From contig NW_026933071.1 of the NCBI RefSeq assembly GCF_032062105.1, positions 248,001-312,000 on the forward strand: a stretch of DNA of 64,000 bases. The letters run 5' to 3'. A model generated the notes under the pieces. The model worked only from the letters and a program-made list of their open reading frames with translations, did not search any database and was not told the DNA's origin. The stretch is from Saccostrea cucullata. Taxonomy: Eukaryota. Position numbers and translations under genes: made by a program. Below, one piece after another: positions 53,331-64,000 of this stretch; positions within the stretch are counted from its first letter, which is position 1, and the number at the start of each line of letters is the position of its first letter.

Positions 53331-55164
53331 TAAGCATTTGTCATCCAAAAATCCCGTTATTTCACCCCTGTGGTATTACAATATTATACCGAACAATTTG
53401 CAATTTTAGTCCCATTCTGTTAGTTCTATGAAATTTCATCGTATATTTTATATGAATCGTCCAAACAATTTATGAGTTATATTTACCCAGCAGTCCCAGC
53501 TGTCCCTGGGACTGCTTTGTTCACTCATGTGTGAAAGAGGTTCTGAGTGACACGATAGCTCCGCCCCTTGTGTATTCTGAATTATCTGACTCCCTGTTGT
53601 TTTGTTAACTTGCAGCAGAGAGGAGTTTAAACTATTACTAAAACAGCAAAGAGTTCTTACAATCTTTTAGTAACTAGAGATTACATGAACATCACATTTT
53701 AAAGTGATTTTTTTCTAAGAATGAAATATACAAACACATTTAAAAGACTCTTGTTATCTAGTATTTAATTGGAAATTAAATGATTTGTGTTATTTGATAT
53801 TTTCAGGGACTGTATATTTACACAAATGTAGTTTAGATTTTAAAAATAAAACTGTTAGATAGGGAAGTCAGGAGCGATTTTTTCCCTAAAATAAACTACA
53901 TGTTCATGAGAAAAAATATCTTAATGTAGGCCTATTTTATAATTTAATGTAAAATTAAATACTCAAATTTGCAATGGCACTATCAAAAATAAAGAGTCAT
54001 ATTTAGATAAGAGATGTTTTTAAATTGAAAAATCTACATGCTTAACAAGTATTATGCTAAAAAAAAGTGTTCCATGAATCTCTCAAATAAAACCTAACAA
54101 TTGATTTTATGGACATGATATAAAATTCTGCCATCACTTTTCCGTAACATAAACAATGTAACCAATTATTGGGGAATTTATAGATCAATTAGTTTTTAAT
54201 TCATAAACAAGTTATTTAAAGAGTACATTTATTTAAAAAATAAACAGTTGGAAAATACTGGGAATTGTGATTTATTTCTTTTTCTTTGTTTTTCTTTACA
54301 TGTGTAAACAATAAGTACACCTGGCTGATCATGTGTATAAATAAAATGGTATCAACACGTGCGATTTCAATCGCCTATGGGCAGAAAATCAACCATGCAT
54401 GCGTTTGGGTACACATATCAATGTTATATATCATTGAATATGCTGCTCAACAATGACCCTAATTTAAATCTATGTAATGCAAATATATATATATATAAAT
54501 GAAATGTGTATAAATTTTTTCCAGGATTAATTAATTTTAACATAATCTGAGGGTTTCATAAATTTACAAATAAAACACATAAAACTGAGTATTGAAGAGC
54601 TAGAGAAACTATTAATAATTATATTGACTTGTCAGTAAAAGTAATCATGACTGAAAAATAATACTTGGCAAAATTAAAAAATAATTTTTCAAAGATTATT
54701 AAGAAAATGCCTTTAGAGTATTCCGATAGAATGGAAATTGGCCTTACCCTACAATGATAATTAAGATCTATTTAAGGCTAATTCTGGTGAAAAATAATCA
54801 ATTCAAGTTTAATTTTCTGTATAAAAAATAACTATGGTAACCAGTATCAATCACAGAAAAAATTGAATTGATATACCAGATAATTGTGATTAAATATTCA
54901 TGTTTAGTGTATTTCATTTATGTCAGTGTGAAAGCTTTCTTTCTTCAGTAAATATTATTTCAAATTGTTTCTATGCACGTACTGGTCATAAATGTAAATG
55001 ACCTTCGCATACTTAGGATTCCTGAACTACTACTCAGAATAAATTTCAGCTGCCTTTTATAGTTCCATTGTTTTTCTGAGTTAGCTCCGCCCATAAAATG
55101 GGACTGCTGGCACTTCTTTCTGGGACTGCCTTGCGTCAGGTTGGGTCTGGTCGGTACTTTATAT

Positions 55165-55345
55165 CGCACGTACGACTTCGTACGTGCGAAATAGCATTTC
55201 GTACGTACGGCCTAGTATCTCGACGTACGACTTACTATCTTATACATATGACTTACTTTGTCTTACGTGCGACTTATTGTTATCTACGTACGGCTTATTA
55301 TCTTGTACATTTGATGGACTTAGTATCTCGTACGTACGACTTAGT
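55165..55345. repeat. Degenerate ~22-bp tandem repeat with a TCGTACGTACGA palindromic core (probable MITE subterminal array)
   Basis: Recurrent (t)atctcgtacgtacgactta variants. Confidence 0.55.
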
Positions 55346-56404
55346 TTTGGTCATTTAAATGCTTATTTAATGCATTTCAACTGACATAACTCATTAAAAA
55401 AAATGAATCACATCATTCCCAACATGTATGCTCATGGGTCTATTTTTGTATTGCATATATAAATGCAGTTTAAAAAATCAAAGCAAAAGGCCTCATTTTA
55501 TAATTCAGGGAAAAACAAGACGTACAACAAGAAGTCGAAACAAGGCAAACTTATATCTAACCGTGGCATATCTTTTCTGAGAAATGGAACTGGAATACGT
55601 ATAACAGAACGAGGAAACCAATTCAGCAACACTGATAATCTGATTTTCCTTTTGAAGTAGCACATTTTCCGTTGGGAAGAAAAATTAAGGTAAATGAAAT
55701 CTTTTTGATATATAAATGTAATTATACAATTGCAAACATGTTATGGATACATGTACATGTATATGTTCCATTGAGATATTTTTATAAACTTCGGATCTTT
55801 GACGAAGTTTGTGTATTAAAATTTATTTTTGATAAGCAATCATTTTACTCGTTTGTGTGAATGGTGTCGTTTTCTGAATTTTGTTACTAATTCAATGTAT
55901 ATCTAATTTCTTTATTAGCAGATACCTTAGTATACTCAAAACTACAATAACTGAATCAAAATCGGTCATACTGATTTTCTTTATATCTATAATGTACCCT
56001 TCAATCTTTTAAATTTAAAATTTCTCAAACCTTTCTTCTCGTAGGACTTTTCTTCAGAGAAATCACAGTATTAACCGTACTTCCGGAATGATATTATCAG
56101 ATAACACGTGCCAATTTTATTATAACGCCAAAAACAAATTATTAAACACTATGAGCCGGCAAAATAATGTTTCTGGAAGAGTCGTATGAATGTAACTGTT
56201 TTGTATGTAATATGATCAATTTTTTTTTTAAAAAAATGTAGAAATATCAATTGACTTGAGATTATGACAATATCTTTTGATCCTTGAAATACTGTAGGTA
56301 GTTAATCAATTAATTATTAATAATTTGTTTTTATTCAGACAGCCATCAGAGCATGATTTTTTAAAAGCCAAGATTTATTCCCCCCATTTCATATTTTCAA
56401 TTCA

Positions 56405-56590
56405 AACATATGGAGATAACGAACAGTATTTAAGATCAAAAGTCCAAAATACGATACAAAACAGGAGCAGAGCAACCAAGAACATCTAAAACATCAGAGG
56501 TGGGATCAGGTGCCTTTGAGGAGTGAGCATCCCAGGGCTGCCGACCGGTCACACCCGCCGTGTGCATCTTGTCATGATTGGGAAAAACAG
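56405..56590 (-). mobile_element. Naiad 3'-end-only fragment
   Basis: Reverse complement of the 15415-15590 motif. Confidence 0.8.
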
Positions 56591-57055
56591 AAAAATAGAA
56601 ACGTAGACTACCGACAAATCTTATGTAATTACAAGTTTCAAAGCAATTCAAAAAAGAAATTCTATGGTCTTTTTAATTACCCTCTTTAGAAAAAATAATC
56701 CATCATTGGGTTTGTCTGTAACTTTTTTTGGATTTATTAATTTCGTTCTTTATTGATAAATGTTAAGATAAATGCTAAAAATAAGTTCTATCTATTGCCA
56801 TTTTTGATTTCAATTAAAACTACCAATACAATAATCTAAATTTCTATAGGAGAATATTCTATCGCTATTCTCGATTTAATCTTCATTTTTTCTTTAACAT
56901 TTCCCAAATAACTGCTCCTATTTCTCTGATTTTGAAAGTTCTGATATTCGTCAATACTTATGATATTTTTACATTTAAACATTCAATGAAAACACTGGCT
57001 ATGTTGCAATAATACCTTTTGTAGTTATACCTCTTGTATCTTATTAAAGAACAAG

Positions 57056-58174
57056 ATGGAGAGTGCGGAGCTAGAGATGCAGGTGTACATTGCTATTGGC
57101 TACATGTCCATATTCTCGGTGGTGGGAACGATCGGTAACGCCCTCGTTTTGTACGTCTTCCCCCGTTACAAGAAAAAGCTTACCTCAACCATTTTTATCC
57201 TTACCCTGGCCGGTGTCGATTTCGTCACGTGTTGTGTTACAATTCCCTCTACCATCGCTACAGAAGCCGCCAAATTTCAACTGAAATATGACATAATATG
57301 TCAGATTTATATTTTTCTTATTACGACAACTGTTCCGTTTTCGGCATTTGTCATGGTAGCAATAGCGATGGATAGATATTTATGCATTGTGTACCCTTTC
57401 AAACATGCAATGACAATACGACGAGCGAAAATCACTGTTGGGAGTCTCTGTGCGTTTGCTGCACTTCTTGGGATTACATGTTGCTCTCAATACAGAATAA
57501 CACCAGTTCCCGTACCAACCGCAGTTTACCAAAATATCACCTTATTGCCAAATTCATCAATATCTTACATTTCACATCATGATTATGTCTGTTTGGCTCA
57601 AGACACGGAATTCCTTTACATTTATCAGAAAATATACTCGTCGTTGTTTGGAATTTGCGCCCTTATTATCATCATTTTGTACAGTTTGATATACAGATCC
57701 GTTTTAGCTCGTCGAAGAAATATTGGAATGTTTTTGTCCGGCAACTGCTGTGGAATATGGAGCTCTCAGTGCTTCACAGAACAGACTGAGATCACTGTTC
57801 TAAACAACAGAGACGTGAAAAATGCGCAGGACGATCACAAAGTAGAAGAAAAATGTAATAAGACTGTGCAAAAGAACGGAAATACACAGATTAGCATCAG
57901 GGACGTCATTTTAGAACCAGGAAGCGTGTCAAAAGCCAAACTTGAGAAAACGCGTATTGCAAACATTAAAACGGCCTTTTTGCTGTCTATCGTGGCTTTG
58001 GTGTTTATTGTTGCTTTTCTTCCTTCATGGTTAGTGGCCTTAAGGGTCCTTCCATTAAATATCATCGTCATTTACATGTATTTCATTTACAATGTTGTTA
58101 ATCCTGTCATTTATGCCTTCTTTCACAAGACATTTAGGGAACAATTATCACAAAGACTTTGTTGTAGAAAATAG
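57056..58174 (+). CDS. Class A (rhodopsin-like) GPCR, peptide-receptor-like orphan, intronless, 372 aa
   Basis: GN in TM1, LAGVD in TM2, MDRY in TM3, FLP in TM6, NPVIY in TM7, and a C-terminal CC. Confidence 0.92.
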   Translation: MESAELEMQVYIAIGYMSIFSVVGTIGNALVLYVFPRYKKKLTSTIFILTLAGVDFVTCCVTIPSTIATEAAKFQLKYDIICQIYIFLITTTVPFSAFVMVAIAMDRYLCIVYPFKHAMTIRRAKITVGSLCAFAALLGITCCSQYRITPVPVPTAVYQNITLLPNSSISYISHHDYVCLAQDTEFLYIYQKIYSSLFGICALIIIILYSLIYRSVLARRRNIGMFLSGNCCGIWSSQCFTEQTEITVLNNRDVKNAQDDHKVEEKCNKTVQKNGNTQISIRDVILEPGSVSKAKLEKTRIANIKTAFLLSIVALVFIVAFLPSWLVALRVLPLNIIVIYMYFIYNVVNPVIYAFFHKTFREQLSQRLCCRK

Positions 58175-59044
58175 TAAATAGCGAATTCTCATTGTACGAT
58201 ATCCGAATTCATTTTTTTTAGTTTCGACAATGACGTGTTATTTGTAGCTGCATGTAGGATTTGCACTGTAAATGCGATGTACAAGTATTGCATAATTAGT
58301 GCAAACTATCTTAAGTTTCCCGAGAAAAAAATATCGAATATAACTTTTTCTTTCTAACTGCGCATATTTAGTAATCTATTATTTTTGTTTGTATCTTGCT
58401 TTCTTTTTAAACACACGAAAAAAACATGTGTAATATTAAGTTTTTTAATTTGTCAGCTTATCCGACAAAAATAAGAAGTGAAAACCTCACAAACATATGT
58501 GAATTTTGTTTTGTTGGGTTTTTTTTTTTTTTTAAAAAAAAAGGTTTGCAAAAGTAAGTTCAGGATGTGAAATGAATACTCTAGACTCATGAAACAGGGT
58601 TTACGGCGCTTTTATTTATAAGACAAACATTTATGGAAACTTTTGCTACAGAGAACAACACGTTTCCTTAAGATTTCCACTTTCTCAAATCTTGTTTAGA
58701 GAAGCAACATCCGTTATGTTGATTTTATGCTTTTTCGTATAACATTATATTCATTTTCTTAGAATAGTAGTCCAGTCAACAAAAAGTTTGTGTTCTTCAG
58801 TGTGGTAAACTTAAAGAGAAAGAAACATTTTTTCCAATTCTTCTTCCAAACATTTTGTCGTGCTCCGATAAACATGATAAGCCTATGTTTAATTTTTTTT
58901 CTTTCAGTATGTGCACGCAGCCCCATCTTTGGACAATCAATATTCAAAATGCAACTTTTGAGATATTTATTTTCAAAATGAAATATATGCACAAACTAAA
59001 ATAAACTACGGTGAAGAAACAGTGAACAGTGAACAAACTGGAAT

Positions 59045-59225
59045 ATACACTCTCTGACGATGCTTCCATACATTTAAGACTTTTCATGGCTTTGCTGTTC
59101 TTGAGAGGAATGTTTTTAAGATTTTCCCTATATATTTCCATGTTAAACTTTGATTGCCTATTGTGACCCCACCCTACCCCCAGGGTCATGATTATCGGAC
59201 AAAGTTTGATCAGCAATGCATCTGA
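59045..59225 (+). repeat. Single Cg170-like satellite/HINE monomer
   Basis: gatgcttcca...ttcttgagagga...ttttaagatttt...tattgtgacccccaccctacccccagggtcatgat resembles the oyster ~166-bp repeat family. Confidence 0.55.
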
Positions 59226-62200
59226 AACATAATAATCGAACGTGTTTATGTTCTTCACCCTACAACAATAATGTTGTTGGACAGACGTTATAACTGGGTG
59301 ACGTAAATATCGTTAATAATGAGAACTTTAAATACCTCAGTATAAGAGGGTCAAATATTATCGATGAAATATATAGAGACGAGTAGAGCTTTTTCAAAAA
59401 CCTTAGCCATCTTTAGCAACGACCTTAAACATTTGGCATGTATGCACCTACTGGGCTTTCATGTGTTGTGTTCGGAGTTTATGAGGAAAGCCCAGGGTCT
59501 GGTTGAATGAAATTAAACAGAGAGTGCAAAACAAACAAAAAGAATAACTACCAGCTGAAAAGCTGTCATGTGATAAAAACATTTCTATATACGATGAAAA
59601 GTACAGAAATGCCCTTTGTGGTTACTACAAAAACAAGAAACATTGATGTAACCATTAATTGTCGCCTGGGAAATAAATAAAGTAAACAATGGAAATAAGT
59701 CTTGATCATCAAACTGCTTCGATATGTATGAGAAAGGCATGCGTCTAAATGATGGAGACGATAGTCGAGAATATCTTGATAACGTATAGTCGGATGAAAA
59801 TCGAACAAAAATGATACCCTTTTAACTTTATCAATTCCTCAAGTAAATGTAGGTTGCTTAAAATATAAGTTGAAACTAGACATGCATCGCTTTTTATCAA
59901 AACTATATTTTTCTTTAAAAATATAAATCACGAACTGTGAAGAGCACGTTTTTATGCGATAAGTAAAATTCGATGTTCTAAAAATGGGACCAGTCGTGTA
60001 TTATGATAGTAACTGATAAGCAACTTTATATATATAATATCATAAACATGTATATTTTTACAAATTCACTTTATGGAAATAAATATATTATGTATTTCGT
60101 AATTTACAAAGGGAGAGAACATTCTGATTAACACTAATTTGTCCCAAATTTTAATTTTGTTTTTGAAAGATCGATCTGTAGCAAAAATTATACATTAAAA
60201 ATATTTTTAAGGAAACTGAATTAATTAAAACCTTTTACATGTTATAGCAGGAAAACAATGAAAAACATTTTTTTGCTGAAATATGGCATTTTACTGAGGT
60301 TTTTACTACTGTTAATAAAAAAAATATCATAATTAAATGACATGCATTAGCTAGATTTTATAATTCCCTTAATTTATATGTACTACATAAAACTGTTTAA
60401 TATTGCATTAATTTAAAGAATGAAAATGTCTGGTAAGTTTTGTTATATTCATGCCAATATCTTTTTTATTTGAAAATTATGTAAAAATCATGGAGGAATG
60501 CTCTAAAAATATTTTTATCATGTGAATTTCATGTGAATAACTTTTTATGATATTCATATATTTTTTTTAGAACTTTTATGTGAAGTTTTCTTTGCACAAT
60601 ATTTATGCCATGTGCTCTTCTTGTATAATTCACATGAAAGTTATGTCAAAATCGCTTGAAATTTTCAAATAAATTTCAAATATTTTGTCCTTCTCAAGCT
60701 AAGAATTCACATGAAATTCAAGTGAATTTCTTATAATATATGAGAATTCAAACTGATAACGGAATGCAATGGGGTCGGCGTGACCAGACTGAAGCTAACA
60801 GCCAATAGCAGCAGGTGCCTCCCTTTTCTCTGAGAATAGACTTTCGGTGTATTTTTCATAATATGTAAATTTTGATGCTAATGCCTCTTGCACCCCGCCT
60901 GGACGTCCAATTTTATGTTCTGTGCAGTCAGACATATACCCAAATTCCAGCATTTGAAAGAAAAATTAGAAACTAAAAACACTTAACCCCTGATCCCCCA
61001 AGATATTTTTTGAGAATGCACTGTTATTTACTGGGGGCTACGAAATTGATCTTTTCATTGATACTTTGGCATTTATTAATTTAGATGTACTCCTCGTTTT
61101 ATTCTTTTGAATAAAATACATCTTTCATACATTTAGTTGATTTCTGTAATTATTTGGTTTTTCTGAATCCCCACCTGAGATTGTTATTAAATAAACTCAA
61201 ATACACGTATGGTATTTTTATACATGTATCACTACAGTTACTTATGCAGTATATACAAATAAAACATTGATAAAAATTCATATCAATTTTTTTTATCAAA
61301 TTTTCTTATCTTAGATGTTGGCAGACATTCATATCCATTTTCTTTTCAAATTTAAAGAGGTTGGAAGGGACACAAAACGTACGAACTTAAATAAAGAAAC
61401 AGTGTATTTCTTTATTTTCCTAAGATAGAGCACACATTCTGGTTAAAACAATACTGTCGTGTTTAAGTTTACTAAGTATTTATGATTTATCGCTTTGTGT
61501 CTAAATATAAAACATCAAATAAATTACTTATAAATCGATGTTTCATAGCTTTCTTCGGTACATAAACCAGCATTATGATTTTACAGTAACACTGTGTTTT
61601 TTTACTTGTCCAAAATAATTCAAGTCTATTAACATGTATCTAGCAAAATTATATATTCTTTGAACATGATACAATCGGAAATACTGTGTGCTTGAAGCGA
61701 TCCCAGTGGGTTCTACAGAGAAAATAAGACAATATTACGTATGTTGTGAATTGCTCAAAACTATGTTGAAGAAGAGAGATGTCTTCCTGTCACCCTAATG
61801 TTGTGTAGTTAACCTCCAATGATATCCGGCGAGTGCTCTCTGTATAATGCAGCAGTGACACCTAATATGATGAAAAAAAAACCCATCAGATTAATAAGAA
61901 TTAATCGAATTTATTAGCAGCATTAACAACACAACACATGAAAATGAAACATATATTTAAAAAATAATTATTATGACTGAATACACTCTCGCTAAATGAT
62001 TAAAGAAACTGTACTTTCTTCTTTCCTTCAATTTAGCTAGAAATTTATTTTTAAAATTTCATGTTCTCTAAATCACTTTTAGAATGTTCAAAATTACAAT
62101 GCGCTATAAAAAATAGAGGTTAGCTAAAAGGGATACCAGAGAATTAGTCTTAATACTTGTAAAGGGTTTTGCATTATTCTGGTATTTGTTAGTGAGCTCT

Positions 62201-62499
62201 GGAGAAAAGTTCGGGAGCTGTTTGATTTTATATATCTGTTTTCTTATTTTGAATATATTTCTCAGATTAGATTATTTCTGTTCATATTCGATAGAAACTT
62301 AATTTTTTTATGTCCTTCTATCTGTTCATCCATTTCTTTACCTTAAAATTCAAAGTTTGAATTCTTGCTTAAACTTTGATGACACAGAAAGAAAAAATCA
62401 TTCCAATTTACAATGAATACATGAATGTTTGTAACTCTTAATTATGGCATATATTTGACTGCAATGTGAATTCAATTTTTAACACTGCCCTGCAATGTA

Positions 62500-63568
62500 C
62501 GAGGGTTGATCCAAAAGTAATGTCACAACTTTGATAAAATTGCTATCAATCGACGTAAAGCAACAGAATTATACATGATGAAAGCTTTATTTATTTCAAA
62601 TCAGACCTGAAAAATTTGAATGAATATAATGTATACTTTCCAAAATATCGGATTTTAAACAATGTGCGTTTATGGTAGTCGCCGCACCTAAATATAACGT
62701 CATATGACGGATACGCACCGTCATACTTTTAAGCATTTCCCCTTTGTTTCATTTATAGATATTTGTGATTTGCAAACACTTTCATCGATTCTACTTTCTT
62801 TAAGAATCCTTGGTACCATTATACACTCACTCTTTTCGTAATTAAGCCCTCTGTCAAAATTTTCTGAACAGTAGCATCAGACAAACTTAAAGATTCACAT
62901 ATCACTCTATACGACTGTCTTTTTTTTGACAACGTCAAATACCAACGTTTATTTCGTCCGATCTTCTATCTTTCGGTCTTCTTGTCCTCTGCTGATCATT
63001 CAGTGAACATTCACCCTCCCAAAATTGCTGAAACCATCTATTAAGATGTGTTTTATTTACATTCTTTATTCCGTAAGTCTGATTAATTATTGTAACTGTC
63101 GCTTGTGATGATTCCCGTATTTTGAAGCAAAAATGCATTACAACTCGTGGATCCATTTTTCCCAATTTTGACAATCCCTTTGTTCAATTCAACAGTGTAA
63201 AACAACAATGTTTATGATCAAAAATACCAATGCCGTCATTTAATTTTCAATTAAAAACTAAAAAATGACGAGAGTTGTGTCTTTTTAAAAAAATTTGGAA
63301 GATGAGATGCCTTTTTAGAATCTTTTTAATGTGTTTGTCTTTTTCACTCTAAGGAAAAATACACTTTAAAACGTGACGTTCCGTTGTGACGCGGCGACAC
63401 CCCCTATGCTCTATGTTTTAAACATTTGTAAAATAAATTCAAATTAACATTATTAAATTAAAATTTCAATGTAAATTAGATTTATATTTGTGGTATATTG
63501 TATTCGAAAATATGACGCCAAATATAAAAGATATGGACACTGTGACATTACTTTTGGATCAACCCTCG
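62500..63568 (-). mobile_element. Non-autonomous mariner element retaining only the HTH-coding region (ORF 63174-62935)
   Basis: Perfect 28-bp TIR CGAGGGTTGATCCAAAAGTAATGTCACA with TA TSD; ORF RVVMHFCFK...QTYG...RWFQQFWEGECSLND..RTRRP is a Mos1-type HTH. Confidence 0.88.
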
Positions 63569-63774
63569 TATATGCCGTGTACGACAAAATTATCCTTCAA
63601 ATTATATTTGTCATTCATACTCGTCGGTTTCTCTAATCTTTCTAAAGATTTATATTGATTTCGCTTTCTGAAATTTAAACAACACTTTTATTTTGAGCAA
63701 CTTAAATAAATGATCGCTCCATTATCAGTCATGCGTGATGTGCATTATTCCTTTGCATTAATTAAGCAAATACA

Positions 63775-64000
63775 ATTTATCATTAACTCAAATGCTGACT
63801 GACGTTTTTCATATTAATATAAGTCCATTATTTACACACCGAATTGACGACGGATTTCCCGTTATTTCCCGATCATGACAAGGATCACAAGCGGGTGTGA
63901 CCGGTCGGTAGGGGATGCTTACTCTATGGCATCTGATCCCACCTGTCATGTTTTGGAAGTCTGTGTTTGGTCCTATTTTATACTGTTTATGGACTTTGAT
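63775..64000 (+). mobile_element. Naiad 3' fragment running off the window end
   Basis: caaatgctgactgacgtttttcata...gcgggtgtgaccggtc...ctgatcccacct. Confidence 0.8.

Overview
This is AT-rich animal genomic DNA with spliceosomal introns, most likely from a bivalve mollusc, probably an oyster. That is inferred from the RING-less B-box/NHL TRIM-like family, Cg170/Helentron-type repeat fragments, an oyster-type SINE and Naiad retroelements. Host genes: the first three coding exons of an RMND5/GID2 homologue (-), head-to-head with an intronless FADS6-type desaturase (+); a two-exon secretin/adhesion-class GPCR with a large cysteine-rich ectodomain (-, one frameshift); a nine-exon SLC5A7-like choline transporter (-); an intronless class A GPCR (+); and a birth-and-death array of B-box/coiled-coil/NHL TRIM-like genes (two near-intact copies each with one 1-nt deletion, two pseudogenes, and fragments). 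Non-coding DNA is dominated by a ~3.3-kb unit present three times, whose copies give empty-site controls for several MITEs. It also holds six Naiad (Penelope-like) copies sharing a foldable 3' motif, mariner/Kolobok/Harbinger-type non-autonomous elements, and a 5.4-kb triple-nested foldback element. There is one 222-N assembly gap. No rRNA, tRNA or CRISPR was seen. All family names come from recognising motifs by eye, not from database searches.
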